Of a stretch of DNA of 64,000 nt, positions 10,317-18,874 are shown piece after piece. Positions within the stretch are counted from its first letter, which is position 1, and each line of letters opens with the position of its first letter. The position numbers and the translations under genes were made by a program. The stretch is from assembly GCA_045562675.1 (NCBI GenBank), contig JBJKVL010000010.1:22284-86283 (forward strand), read 5' to 3'. The notes under the pieces were generated by a model. It did not search any database, was not told where the DNA came from, and saw nothing but the letters and a program-made list of their open reading frames with translations. The DNA is from Dehalococcoidia bacterium. Lineage in GTDB: Bacteria; Chloroflexota; Dehalococcoidia; UBA2979.

Positions 10317-11339
10317 ATGTTAGAAATAATACCAGTACTCATCATATTAATTGTTGGAATATTTTTATTAACTTTTTTTACCGTTAGCCAACAAACAGTA
10401 GTAATCATTGAACGGTTTGGTAAATATAATAGAATGTGTAATCCAGGATTACATTTTAAAATTCCTCTCATCGAAAGAAAGTCAGGCACCTTAAATATGC
10501 GAATTAGACAACTTGATGTGCCTGTTGAAACAAAAACTGAAGATAACGTCTTTGTATCTGTAAGTATTTCTGTGCAATATTTTGTTTTGGAATCTAAAGA
10601 ATATGAAGCATTTTATAAACTTCAAAATGCTGAATCTCAAATCACTTCATACGTATTCGATGTGGTTCGAGCTCGTGTACCAAAAATGATCTTAGATCGT
10701 CTTTTTGATAAGAAAGATGAAATCGCTGATGCAGTTGGAGCAGAATTAACAGATATTATGGAACAGTTTGGATATGGTATTGTCAAAGCATTAGTGACAG
10801 ATATTGACCCTGATGCAAAAGTCAAAGCTGCAATGAACGAGATTAATGAAGCAGAGAGGCTTCGAGTAGCAGCAACTGAACGAGGTGAAGCAGAAAAAAT
10901 CTTAATTGTTAAAGAAGCAGAAGGAAAAGCACAAAGTAATGCATTGCGTGGTAGAGGAATTGCTGACGAACGACAAGCTATTATTGAAGGACTCAAAGAA
11001 TCTATAGATGATTTCCAAAAAAGCATTGCAGGAACAGGACCGATGGAAGTAATGAATTTAGTGCTTCTAACACAATATTTCGACAGCTTGAAAGAAATTG
11101 GTACTTCAGAAAATAGTAACAGTATTTTTATGCCTCATACTCCAAATGCATTATCTGACATGACTGCACAAATGCGTGATGCTCTTGTGCAAGCAAGCCC
11201 AGTTACAAATCAGCCTCAATCAGCTATGACTGCCCAAGAGGTAGAGCCAAAAAATAATGACATAAAGGAAACTGTAGAAGAAAAGATTGAAAAGTCAGAT
11301 GATAAACCGGCTGGTTATTTTAATCCAGAAAATGCGTGA
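10317..11339 (+). CDS. SPFH/band-7 (stomatin/prohibitin-like) membrane protein
   Basis: 340 aa with an N-terminal TM helix. Core reads VVIIERFGKYNRMCNPGLHFKIPLIE...DNVFVSVSISVQY, followed by a coiled Ala/Glu-rich region (AERLRVAATERGEAEKILIVKEAEGKA). TGA stop. Confidence 0.85.
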   Translation: MLEIIPVLIILIVGIFLLTFFTVSQQTVVIIERFGKYNRMCNPGLHFKIPLIERKSGTLNMRIRQLDVPVETKTEDNVFVSVSISVQYFVLESKEYEAFYKLQNAESQITSYVFDVVRARVPKMILDRLFDKKDEIADAVGAELTDIMEQFGYGIVKALVTDIDPDAKVKAAMNEINEAERLRVAATERGEAEKILIVKEAEGKAQSNALRGRGIADERQAIIEGLKESIDDFQKSIAGTGPMEVMNLVLLTQYFDSLKEIGTSENSNSIFMPHTPNALSDMTAQMRDALVQASPVTNQPQSAMTAQEVEPKNNDIKETVEEKIEKSDDKPAGYFNPENA

Positions 11340-11437
11340 TTGCTGAGTATAAATTATGAAAGGGTTCATAGAAGATATTGGCGGTCGTGCAACAATTATT
11401 ACGATCATTATTATTATACTTCTTGCAATCATGTAAG

Positions 11438-11514
11438 CGGGGCGTAGCGCAGTCTGGCAGCGCATTCGGCTGGGGGTCGAAAGGTCGCTGGTTCAAATCC
11501 AGCCGTCCCGACCA
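11438..11514 (+). tRNA. tRNA-Pro (anticodon GGG)
   Basis: Hand-folded cloverleaf. Acceptor is CGGGGCG/CGTCCCG with one G-T pair. D stem is GCGC/GCGC and the anticodon stem is TTCGG/TCGAA. Loop CTGGGGG has G37. T arm is GCTGG-TTCAAAT-CCAGC, followed by discriminator A and an encoded CCA. Confidence 0.9.
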
Positions 11515-11641
11515 TAAATTTATATTATCAAAACTTTAAAGAAAATAAGATCCTTATGTCTACTAAATCGATCAAAAACATTAACAAATTATTGACAAAA
11601 GGAAACGTATAGATTAACCCAATATGTAGAGGCAAATTATT

Positions 11642-12103
11642 ATGTTAAATAAGATATTTTCTTTTCCGAATCCAGTTAATGAAAATGCAGCTAGAATCGT
11701 TGCATGTTGTGTGGTTGTGCTTTCCTTTTTGGGTTTAGCGACTAATTCAATTTATATTTTAACATTTTTATTATATGGGTTTGTTGCAAGAGTATTGACT
11801 GGGCCTACCCTAAGTCCAATTGGTCAATTTGCTACAAGAATTGTTGCACCGAATCTACCGAAAAAAAATGTTGCTGGTCCACCAAAACGTTTCGCACAAA
11901 TGATTGGGTTGGTTTGCTCATCACTAACACTCTATTTTTTTATTATTGATCAATATCTAATTAGCGATTTAATTCTTGGACTATTATTAGTTTTCGCCTG
12001 CCTTGAAGCTTTTGTCGGATTTTGTGCAGGTTGCTACATATTCAATAAATTAATGAAAATAGGATTGGTGCCTGAATCAATATGTGAGCAATGTCAAATA
12101 TAA
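11642..12103 (+). CDS. DUF4395-family membrane protein
   Basis: 153 aa. Reads FPNPVNENAARIVA, then TM segments, then a C-terminal FVGFCAGCYIFNK motif typical of this family as I recall it. Confidence 0.5.
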   Translation: MLNKIFSFPNPVNENAARIVACCVVVLSFLGLATNSIYILTFLLYGFVARVLTGPTLSPIGQFATRIVAPNLPKKNVAGPPKRFAQMIGLVCSSLTLYFFIIDQYLISDLILGLLLVFACLEAFVGFCAGCYIFNKLMKIGLVPESICEQCQI

Positions 12104-12172
12104 GAATTGCTTATATGTATCCATATCAAAAGCCCTTTTTTCTGAAAAAATTTACTATACAATAAATGAGTT

Positions 12173-12247
12173 ACCCCTGTAGCTCAGTGGATAGAGCATT
12201 GGTTTCCTAAACCATGCGCGCAAGTTCGATTCTTGCCAGGGGTACCA
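12173..12247 (+). tRNA. tRNA-Arg (anticodon CCT)
   Basis: Hand-folded. Acceptor ACCCCTG/CAGGGGT, D arm GCTC-AGTGGATA-GAGC, anticodon arm TTGGT-TTCCTAA-ACCAT with a 27:43 T-T mismatch. T arm GCAAG-TTCGATT-CTTGC, then A-CCA. Confidence 0.85.
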
Positions 12248-12418
12248 GACTTCTAACAGAGTAAAAAACAGGATAACCCTTTTTTATATATATTTATTTA
12301 ATCCAATTGCCTGCAGGCGCTGTTGCAACAATCGTAGCATCTACTAATGTTTTTATGTAAAATAGTGTAAATTAATATGAATTAAGTAATACTAGAATTG
12401 TATAAAATATATTATTAA

Positions 12419-13108
12419 TTATGAATATTTATATAAACGCTTTGTAATAATTAACAGACCAAAAATTATGCCAATTATAAATGCTCCACCATGAACATGT
12501 TCCATGAAACCATAAGTATCTGGCCCAAACCCCCAAAGAACATCCACTAAATTCTCCTTAAAAAGTCCGTGACTTATGAATGTTCCTGCTATACAAATCG
12601 AAATAGGAGGAGCATACAATAACCTAGATCTAATACTTGAGCTAAGCAAATCTTTCTTATTGGCAATCGAATATACTAGAAGAGCGCCAATCAGCCCCCA
12701 AATAGAACCGCTTGCTCCAAATACGGAGTTACCGGGCCCTATATCACATTTATTAACATCAATCAGTAAATCCACCCCACAAAATACGGCATGGTCATAA
12801 GTTTGCGCTAATAATCCAGATATAATATAAACCAGAATATAATTTCTCTTACCGAAATACCTCTCGGACAAAGTCCCAAAAGCCAAAATTGCTAATGCAT
12901 TACCTAATATATGGATAAATTCTATATGGACAAATATACCTGTAACGTGTTTCCAATATGCACCATGAAATGCTTGTGAATCAAATCCAACATACGCTTT
13001 AACAAAATCATCGATTTCTATACCATTCCAAGCAAGAATATTAAGGACTATATATACAGATATATTTATTGATAGTAATACGCTTGTAATTGGATAATTA
13101 TTCCTCAT
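12419..13108 (-). CDS. rhomboid-family intramembrane serine protease
   Basis: 229 aa, polytopic. HIEFIHILGN (HxxxN) and GASGSIWGLIGA (GxSG) catalytic motifs, with a later H in FMEHVHGGAF. Confidence 0.85.
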   Translation of the reverse strand: MRNNYPITSVLLSINISVYIVLNILAWNGIEIDDFVKAYVGFDSQAFHGAYWKHVTGIFVHIEFIHILGNALAILAFGTLSERYFGKRNYILVYIISGLLAQTYDHAVFCGVDLLIDVNKCDIGPGNSVFGASGSIWGLIGALLVYSIANKKDLLSSSIRSRLLYAPPISICIAGTFISHGLFKENLVDVLWGFGPDTYGFMEHVHGGAFIIGIIFGLLIITKRLYKYS

Positions 13109-13277
13109 AACTTAATTATAACCATTAAGTCAAAAAATTAATTCGTATTATTTCGTAACGTTGTGCATAAATAAAAAGCGCAAGTTAAAGCGCAATCTTA
13201 GTTACTCATATAACATGCAATTTAAAGGAGATAACAGTACAATATAGATGGCTAGGATACGGTTTACTGCCCTTCCG

Positions 13278-13343
13278 AAACCATGTGCGCAAGTTCGATT
13301 CTTGTCAGGGGTATCAGGCTTCTAATAGTATAAAAAATAGAGG
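13278..13343 (+). repeat. degenerate direct copy of the tRNA-Arg(CCT) 3' half plus ~25 nt of its 3' flank (tRNA relic / att-like scar)
   Basis: 12209-12273 (aaaccatgcgcgcaagttcgattcttgccaggggtaccagacttctaacagagtaaaaaacagga) aligns with 13278-13343 (aaaccatgtgcgcaagttcgattcttgtcaggggtatcaggcttctaatagtataaaaaatagagga). There are about 8 substitutions, mostly C->T, and one short indel. The 5' half of the tRNA is not recognisable. Confidence 0.8.
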
Positions 13344-13348
13344 AATCT

Positions 13349-14143
13349 ATGGAATGGTCTAAATACGAAAGCTATGAATGGACGACATCTAACTATGCAG
13401 ATGATCATCCATCAGACAATGTAGAGCACAACTGGTATATCCAACCGTTTGATGCTCCAACAGTAGGTTTTCATCAAGATCATCCAACGGAACTTATCCA
13501 TTTTGAGCTGGAGAAAGATACCTTTAATGCAAGCGCAGAACTGGCACGAATCTATGAAATAATATTGGATATTACAGGAAATCCACCTGAGTCATATGCT
13601 GTGATGTGTGCTAAAAAAATGTTTATTGCAGGACCTAAAGATCTCTCAGACGCTAAAAAGATGCATAATGCGATTCATGAGGCAATGAAACAATATTTTA
13701 AAGGCTGGATTACTCATTGGGGAGAATTAGAAAAAGGTAATGGTCAATTGTATTTACATCATTACTGGCAACTTGCTCAGAAGTTTTACAAATTCTACGA
13801 AGGCATAAAAGAACCAACCGATGAGCAACTAAAAGAGATTAGTGCAGAAGTTCGACTGCATTGTGAAGTTGGATTACAAACAGATGATGATGGCTTTCAT
13901 CCAATCTTTGATATAACACCTAAAAATTTACGAGGTTTTCTATGGAAATCGCTTGCAGAAGATTATGAAAACCATTGGAACTCTATCCCAATAATTCATT
14001 GTGCTAGACGTGACTGCGAACGTGTCTTTGGGCACAAGCTACGACCTGAACAAAAAACATGCAGCAGTACGTGTCAAACTGCCTTATCTAGAGAGCCAGA
14101 TGCTATAGCAAAGCCATCCATCTTTGAGAAGCGAAAAGTATAA
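13349..14143 (+). CDS. hypothetical protein with C-terminal Cys4 (FCS-like) zinc-finger motif
   Basis: 264 aa. No family recognised except the C-terminal HCARRDCERVFGHKLRPEQKTCSSTCQTALSRE (C-x4-C...C-x3-C). Confidence 0.5.
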   Translation: MEWSKYESYEWTTSNYADDHPSDNVEHNWYIQPFDAPTVGFHQDHPTELIHFELEKDTFNASAELARIYEIILDITGNPPESYAVMCAKKMFIAGPKDLSDAKKMHNAIHEAMKQYFKGWITHWGELEKGNGQLYLHHYWQLAQKFYKFYEGIKEPTDEQLKEISAEVRLHCEVGLQTDDDGFHPIFDITPKNLRGFLWKSLAEDYENHWNSIPIIHCARRDCERVFGHKLRPEQKTCSSTCQTALSREPDAIAKPSIFEKRKV

Positions 14144-14345
14144 ATAGCAAATCGAAGGGATGCTGAATTGAGATGAAAAATCCATATCAATGGGCAAGAG
14201 AACATAAATTGATAACTATGGTTATAGTGTTAATAATTTATAGCGTGATATTTAATTAGATCTTTTTAATTCTTAACATTGCACAAAATAAAGACCTTAG
14301 TGTAAATCGCAAATGATTCTATTACAAAATTAGTAAATTCTCAAA

Positions 14346-14438
14346 TTATTTTCTTTTAGCTCTTTTATCTGCTCGTTTTTCTTTTAAGCTTTTACCTTGC
14401 TTCTTAACATTTTTTCTTTTATCTAGTCCCTTAGCCAT
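14346..14438 (-). CDS. possible 30-aa highly basic mini-protein
   Basis: My translation is MAKGLDKRKNVKKQGKSLKEKRADKRAKRK*. An AAGG lies ~8 nt upstream of the ATG. It is below the track's size cut-off and there is no homology evidence. Confidence 0.2.
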   Translation of the reverse strand: MAKGLDKRKNVKKQGKSLKEKRADKRAKRK

Positions 14439-14563
14439 GCTATAACCTTTAATTGATTCAATAATTACCTAATTATATAAATATTTTTTATAATAATGCA
14501 AATAAAAAAAGCGCATAAGTCTAATTCTTGCAACAGATTCAAAAAATATATAGAATATTATTT

Positions 14564-14734
14564 ATGTCACTCATATACTGTCCAGATTGTAATACTAAAA
14601 TGCCAGATGCTTCTGAAGAATGTTCAATATGTGGTCATCAAGATCAAATTAATGAATCTGTTGGTTCATCTGCAATAGTTTCAATGTTCATTTTTTTAAT
14701 AATAATTATTATCGCTGTTGCCAGAACTTCATAG
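14564..14734 (+). CDS. small zinc-ribbon protein with C-terminal TM helix
   Basis: MSLIYCPDCNTKMPDASEECSICGHQ (CxxC...CxxC) followed by the hydrophobic MFIFLIIIIIAVA. The track ORF begins at 14528, and the internal ATG 14564 is preferred. Confidence 0.4.
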   Translation: MSLIYCPDCNTKMPDASEECSICGHQDQINESVGSSAIVSMFIFLIIIIIAVARTS

Positions 14735-14880
14735 GATTAATTATATTTTCTTAAAAAATTTGCACTTAGATATGTAAAAAAATTCATTGTATATTTATTT
14801 CATTATATGTTTTAATTGAACGAAAAGAGGGATATGTATTTAGTTGGTACAATTATGTCCTTTTAAAGAAAGGAAGTAAA

Positions 14881-15525
14881 ATGACAACAATGGATGTCAA
14901 AAAAATGGGTGGCTACTGCATGATAGTTGGCCCGATAATAGCACTAACCAGCTATTTTATTCAACCTGGAGGCGTACTTGGAATTGGTGGTACAATTGAC
15001 GGATATGATGCTGCAGGTGTTATCAGTATTCTAGCTGCAAATGCAGGATTAGGAATTATTACGGCATTATTAATTCCAGTGGGGCTATTGTTGATTTTAG
15101 CCGGAATAATCATTTGGGTACAGAGTTGGAATGGTTCAAATGGATATGCGCTAGGAACAATAGCTATTCCTATGGCAACTGCAGCAATAATTGTATGGAC
15201 AGTAGGAAGCGGCTTAGGTATTGTTCTAGCATCTGGAATCGCATCAGATACTGCTGTCGCTGAGATATTTTTTGGATTAAACATTATTGGCACATTTGTA
15301 TTTGGAGCAGGAGCCACCTTGCTTGCAATAGGAGCAGCTTCAAGGAGTGAAGTAAATAGCAATCTTGCTAATGTTGCAGCATTATCTGGTGCAGTCGTCG
15401 CTATAGCTTCAGCAATAGCTCCATTTGCTACAGAAGCAGCAACTACAGTTCAGATGGTCTCTGGGCTATGTTTTGTTGTATATTCAATCTGGTTTATTTC
15501 ATTAGGCAGAGGATTAACTAAGTAA
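14881..15525 (+). CDS. polytopic Gly/Ala-rich membrane protein, function unknown
   Basis: 214 aa with about 6 predicted hydrophobic spans. Good RBS (AAAGGAAG) upstream. Followed by a strong terminator. Confidence 0.55.
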   Translation: MTTMDVKKMGGYCMIVGPIIALTSYFIQPGGVLGIGGTIDGYDAAGVISILAANAGLGIITALLIPVGLLLILAGIIIWVQSWNGSNGYALGTIAIPMATAAIIVWTVGSGLGIVLASGIASDTAVAEIFFGLNIIGTFVFGAGATLLAIGAASRSEVNSNLANVAALSGAVVAIASAIAPFATEAATTVQMVSGLCFVVYSIWFISLGRGLTK

Positions 15526-15535
15526 TCACAAAAAT

Positions 15536-15571
15536 AAAAGAGTTCTTGCAAAGATTGCAAGAACTCTTTTA
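15536..15571 (+). terminator. rho-independent terminator
   Basis: Perfect hairpin aaaagagttcttgcaa-aga-ttgcaagaactctttt, ending in a T-run. Confidence 0.8.
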
Positions 15572-15588
15572 TTAAATTGATAAAATAT

Positions 15589-16494
15589 ATGAATAAGAAA
15601 CCACTGACAATTAATACGTTTACAAAATCTTATGGTTCTCTAATTGCAGTTGATCAATTATCATTAGAGATCAATTCTGGAGAAGTATTTGGCTTCCTTG
15701 GGCCTAATGGTGCTGGGAAAAGTACAACTATCCGTACTATGATGAATTTTATTGCCCCCAGTGCTGGTGAAATTAAAATTTTTGGATTAGACAGTGTTCG
15801 AGATAGAGTCAAATTAAAGGAACATGTTGGGTATCTTGCGGGTGACATAGCATTATATGGCAACATGACCGGACATCAGATCCTCAATTATCTTGCTAAT
15901 TTAAGAAAGGATAGTGACTGGGCATACGTCAAGGATCTTATACGCAGGTTAGATGCGCCTATGGATAGATCTATCAATACATTATCAAAAGGAAACAAAC
16001 AAAAAATAGGATTATTGCAAGCATTCATGCATAAACCCGACTTGCTCATTCTCGATGAGCCAACTAGTGGGCTTGATCCGTTAATGAAGCAAGTGTTTTA
16101 TGACATGGTTTTAGAGATGAAAGATGCAGGCAAAGCAGCATTTATTTCATCTCATGATTTAACAGAAGTACAAAAAATCTGTGATAGGGCTGGTTTTATT
16201 CGAGATGGCACACTCATTGCAATTGAAAACTTGCATGATAAAAATGCTATGAATTATAAAAAATATCAGGTTCGATTTGAAAAGACCCCAGCGATAGAGG
16301 AGCTTACTGTAAGTAGCAATATTAAGATAGTCGCTAATGATAATAACATCATCACTTTCGCAGTCACTGGTAATATAGATTCTTTCATAAAGACAATTGC
16401 ACAATATGAGGTCCTTGATCTTGATGAGCAAGAGACAAGCCTTGAAGATGTCTTTATGCAATATTACGAAAGAGATAAAAACAATGTTGAATAA
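15589..16494 (+). CDS. ABC-2-type transporter ATP-binding protein
   Basis: Walker A GPNGAGKST, signature LSKGNKQK, Walker B LLILDEPTSGLD, H-loop SSHD. ATG 15589 is preferred over the track's TTG 15577. Confidence 0.9.
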   Translation: MNKKPLTINTFTKSYGSLIAVDQLSLEINSGEVFGFLGPNGAGKSTTIRTMMNFIAPSAGEIKIFGLDSVRDRVKLKEHVGYLAGDIALYGNMTGHQILNYLANLRKDSDWAYVKDLIRRLDAPMDRSINTLSKGNKQKIGLLQAFMHKPDLLILDEPTSGLDPLMKQVFYDMVLEMKDAGKAAFISSHDLTEVQKICDRAGFIRDGTLIAIENLHDKNAMNYKKYQVRFEKTPAIEELTVSSNIKIVANDNNIITFAVTGNIDSFIKTIAQYEVLDLDEQETSLEDVFMQYYERDKNNVE

Positions 16495-17278
16495 AAACTC
16501 TATTTATTTTCGCAATATTTGGGATAGAAGAAAAAGTTTAACTATCTGGACCATCGTATTGAGTTTACTCGCAATGCTAATTATTTCTATGTATGATTCT
16601 GTAGGAAGAGAAGCTGCGAAGCTATTTGAAAATAGTAATAACTTTACTGCATTTTTTGGTGGAGATGTAGATACTAGCTCTCCAGCAGGCTGGCTTGGTT
16701 TTGAGCTATATGCAATATTTTTACCTATATGTTTGGCAATTATTACAATTGGTATAGGGGCTAGCACTATTGGTTCTGAGGAAGAATCAGGCACATTAGA
16801 GTTACTGCTTGCAAGTCCAATTAATCGATCTCGTATAATTATTGAGAAAGCAATGATGCTTGTCACCGTTGCTGTAATTATCCCTGTGATTATATTTTTA
16901 ACAGTTTGTTTATCAAACTCATTATTCATTTTCGGCATTGATCTCATAAATGTTTTTTTCTGCACAATCGCATTGTCTCTCTTTGGAATATATTTTGGTT
17001 TTTTTGCTTTAGCAATGCAATCGCTAACAAAAAGAAGAGGTTTAGGTATGAGCATAACAGGATTTTACGTTGGTGCATCATATTTTATGAATACACTATA
17101 TACAATATGGGATTCGATTGAGCCAATGAAATTTCTCTCACCATTCTACTATTATGATGGCAATATGCTCCTGCAAGGTTCAGTGGAGCCAATAAATATC
17201 ATGATCTTAACAGGAGGAGTATTATTATTTTTTCTTGCTGCATATTTTAGTTTTATGAATAGAGATACTGGAATATAG
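16484..17278 (+). CDS. ABC-2 family transporter permease
   Basis: MLNKNSIYFRNIWDRRKSLTIWT... with about 6 TM spans. The start overlaps the ATPase stop by 11 nt. The track's longer 16397 start lies inside the ATPase gene. Confidence 0.75.
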   Translation: MLNKNSIYFRNIWDRRKSLTIWTIVLSLLAMLIISMYDSVGREAAKLFENSNNFTAFFGGDVDTSSPAGWLGFELYAIFLPICLAIITIGIGASTIGSEEESGTLELLLASPINRSRIIIEKAMMLVTVAVIIPVIIFLTVCLSNSLFIFGIDLINVFFCTIALSLFGIYFGFFALAMQSLTKRRGLGMSITGFYVGASYFMNTLYTIWDSIEPMKFLSPFYYYDGNMLLQGSVEPINIMILTGGVLLFFLAAYFSFMNRDTGI

Positions 17279-17282
17279 TTTC

Positions 17283-17909
17283 GTGCTAAATAATAATATT
17301 CTCAATAATGAAACCTGGACAATTGGAGTAAATCAACTAATCGAAAAAGATCCTGTTCTTGCTAAGATTATTTCAAAATTTCCACATGAAAAATTTTCTC
17401 GTAACCCTGATAGTTTTTTAACTTTAGCACAATCAATTGTAGGCCAACAAATATCAGTTAAGGCAGCTGCGACAATTTGGCAGAGGTTACAAAAATTGTG
17501 CAAAGACAATATTGCAATAAATTCACTCAGTAAGGTTTCAGAACAAGAATTGAAAAAAATCGGTCTTTCGCGACAAAAGATTGCTTATTTGCAAGAATTA
17601 TGTCTTTTTAACCCAAGTAAAATAAACTGGTCAAAATTATCAAATGATGAAGTTGTTAATGAGGTCACGGCAATTAAAGGAATTGGCCTATGGACTGCAG
17701 AAATGTTTTTAATCTTCCATTTAGGTCGAAGGAATATATTGCCTAAAACTGACATTGGCTTGTTAAAAGCCATAGAATTAAACTATCAATTAAATGTTAG
17801 ACAGGATCCTGAATTAATTAAAGGTATTTCAGAAAAGTGGAGGCCATGGCAAACAATAGCAACGTGGTATTTGTGGAAAAGCATTGATCCTATTGCTGTA
17901 GCATATTGA
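17283..17909 (+). CDS. DNA-3-methyladenine glycosylase II-like (HhH-GPD superfamily)
   Basis: 208 aa with GTG start. LAQSIVGQQISVKAAATIW, HhH IKGIGLWTAEMFLIF, and a catalytic-Asp region PKTDIGLLKA. Confidence 0.8.
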   Translation: MLNNNILNNETWTIGVNQLIEKDPVLAKIISKFPHEKFSRNPDSFLTLAQSIVGQQISVKAAATIWQRLQKLCKDNIAINSLSKVSEQELKKIGLSRQKIAYLQELCLFNPSKINWSKLSNDEVVNEVTAIKGIGLWTAEMFLIFHLGRRNILPKTDIGLLKAIELNYQLNVRQDPELIKGISEKWRPWQTIATWYLWKSIDPIAVAY

Positions 17910-17962
17910 ATATAAAAATAAAGCCTTACTTAAAGAACGGAAATATTGGTGAATAAACAATA

Positions 17963-18787
17963 ATGACAAAAAGTGCAAATGAATTTCAGTGGAATTCTAA
18001 AACCTTCATTATGGGTGTTATAAATATAACACCTGATTCATTCTCTGGAGATGGTATCGCTTCTGATTTAACAGCCGTTGCAAAACAGGCACTTTCATTT
18101 AAAAAATATGGTGCAGATATAATAGATGTTGGCGGAGAGTCGAGCCGACCTTCAAGTATATATGGGAATGTACAAAAAGTTTCTATTCAAGATGAAATGG
18201 ATCGCGTAATACCTGCAATTGATATTATTAAGAAAAATGTGAATCTGCCAATTAGTATTGATTCCAGAAATAGCACAATTGTAGAAGAAGCAATTTGCCA
18301 TGGAGCTTCGATGATCAATGATATATCTATGTTAAATCATGACAAAAAAATGATTGCTTTAGTTGCAAAGTCCAATTTGCCATACATACTCATGCATAAC
18401 CAAAAAATAGCTAAAGATAAAAATGTAATTAAGCAAATCAAAATTGACCTACAAATGAAAATAGATATATTAATTAACAAAGGATTTAATCTAAAAAATC
18501 TAATTATCGATCCTGGAATAGGATTCAATAAAAACACAACGCAAAATATTCAAATCATTGGTAATTTAGATAAATTAAAATTTGGTTTTCCAATATTAAT
18601 TGGTACTTCAAGAAAAAAGCACATAGGTGATATATTGAGCACGGATGTTCATGACAGAATTGAAGGTACTGCAGCAACATCAGCTATTGCTATCGCTAAT
18701 GGAGCAGATATTATTCGCGTACATGATGTAAAAGAAATGGCTCGTGTTGCAAAAATGTCAGATGCGATTATTAGGCAGCTGCATTAA
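17963..18787 (+). CDS. folP: dihydropteroate synthase
   Basis: 274 aa. MGVINITPDSFSGDG, DVGGESSRP, DPGIGFNK, GTSRKKHIG and IIRVHDV motifs. Confidence 0.9.
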   Translation: MTKSANEFQWNSKTFIMGVINITPDSFSGDGIASDLTAVAKQALSFKKYGADIIDVGGESSRPSSIYGNVQKVSIQDEMDRVIPAIDIIKKNVNLPISIDSRNSTIVEEAICHGASMINDISMLNHDKKMIALVAKSNLPYILMHNQKIAKDKNVIKQIKIDLQMKIDILINKGFNLKNLIIDPGIGFNKNTTQNIQIIGNLDKLKFGFPILIGTSRKKHIGDILSTDVHDRIEGTAATSAIAIANGADIIRVHDVKEMARVAKMSDAIIRQLH

Positions 18788-18874
18788 TAAATCGAAATAA
18801 TTTAAACTAAGTTACAATTACAAATCAAACTACATATACTATGTGACTATATACAAATAGGAGATATAAAAATT

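Noticed and set aside
11356-11433. 25-aa hydrophobic ORF (MKGFIEDIGGRATIITIIIIILLAIM) between the SPFH gene and tRNA-Pro, possibly a mini NfeD-like partner
   Set aside because: It is too short and low-complexity to support without conservation or expression data.
13248-13325. 25-aa ORF (MARIRFTALPKPCAQVRFLSGVSGF) preceded by AAGGAG
   Set aside because: It is a translation of the decayed tRNA-Arg copy itself. The SD-to-ATG spacing of about 15 nt is too long, so it is most likely fortuitous.
12248-14880. Intact integrative element or prophage at tRNA-Arg
   Set aside because: No integrase, excisionase, transposase or phage structural gene was found on either strand between the tRNA, its relic copy and the ABC-2 genes. 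Only the repeat scar can be supported.
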